From Narcine bancroftii (Eukaryota): a stretch of 64,000 nucleotides of DNA. Positions 63,031-64,000 of this stretch are shown piece after piece. Position 1 is the stretch's first letter. Each line of letters begins with the position of its first letter. The notes beneath the pieces were generated by a model that was given only the letters and a program-made list of their open reading frames with translations, searched no databases and was not told where the DNA came from. Made by a program: the position numbers and the translations under genes. The stretch lies in NCBI RefSeq assembly GCF_036971445.1, contig NC_091474.1, forward strand, positions 195,796,001 to 195,860,000, written 5' to 3'.

Positions 63031-64000
63031 TATAATGAAAGATGCTTATGTAGAAAAAGAAAGTTAAAAGAATTGTAAAACATATATAGGGAAAATGGGA
63101 AAGATGCATACTCCTTAAGGTGATACATGCTGAAAGGATCCTAGAAAACTTTTGCAATCTGAATTTTCTCCGACATGGATTATTAGATTGTCCACCAGGT
63201 TTGCTATTCCATTATGCAAGGTGGCATACCATTCAGCCACACTATATTAAACAGGTTCAATGTTCTATTAATATTTATTTACAAATGAGATTACCCTGAA
63301 ACATGAAGCAGGAAACTTTATTAAATCATTCCACATGCTATAAAACATTCAAAGTCCTCAATGATCTCTGCAAATATTTAACTGAGTTTCCATTATAAGA
63401 CAAATAGCTACATTGCTTGGAAACAATTGGGGAAATTCAACATTTTCTTAAAGGATCAAGCAAATTCCTACAGACTCTACAAAGTCGATGGTGAATTTTA
63501 ACATTTTCTTATTCATTTAAAGTAGTGAAGGATCAGGAAATTTTGGCTATTTTATTTGCAAGTCTCTCATGTTTCTGTGAATTCTCACAGGCTAATATTT
63601 CAAAGATGAATAAATTTCTGATGAAATTAATTTATGATACAAGCAACAAAATCAACGGGGATGTAGGTCATTTTGAAAGTGGGAAAATTTTGGGACTTTT
63701 TTTTAAATGATTTTTTTTTCATCCATGAAGTATTTTAGCCAGAAGGTCCGTCTCAATGAACTGAAGGCAATGCCTGAGGTCAGCCTCAGAAAGCAAGGGG
63801 AGGTTGAAACATAAGTGAGAAAACAAGAGGGAATAATAAAAATAAAAAGAGGGAAATATATATTCAGTTTTAATCAGCAACATCTTTTAAAATCCCTACC
63901 TTTTCACTCTTTCAGTCGTCTTCCCATTATACTGAGCTTGCAGCTGGTAAATATCGCAGTTTTCATGTTGTAAGCAGGTGGTTTACGTGTTGCGATTGCT

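Noticed and set aside
1-64000. CRISPR arrays, operons or prokaryotic defence systems
   Set aside because: No regularly spaced repeats or gene-dense segments. The content is vertebrate-type repeats throughout.

Overview
Eukaryotic, AT-rich, repeat-dense DNA. The repeat mix (CR1, Rex1/Babar, RTE, fish-type L1, Penelope-like elements, V-domain tRNA SINEs, Gypsy LTR elements) points to a cartilaginous fish, probably a ray; this is inference. I found no host protein-coding exon, rRNA, tRNA gene or CRISPR that I can support, so the window looks intronic or intergenic. It has two N gaps. The largest feature is a full-length but inactivated Mag-type Gypsy element (55701-60457) with near-identical LTRs, a tRNA-Ser PBS, a PPT and a 5-bp TSD. 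The more unusual structures are: (1) a perfect 210-bp fold-back duplication whose left arm carries a bipartite RTE insertion with a 12-bp TSD; (2) an internally deleted Gypsy element with no tRNA PBS but with PBS-to-LTR complementarity that suggests self-priming; (3) an L1 insertion with twin-priming 5' inversion geometry; (4) many Penelope-derived hairpins with 13-14 bp TSDs and minimal hammerhead-like motifs. Family names come from motif recognition by eye, not database searches. Boundaries without a TSD are approximate.
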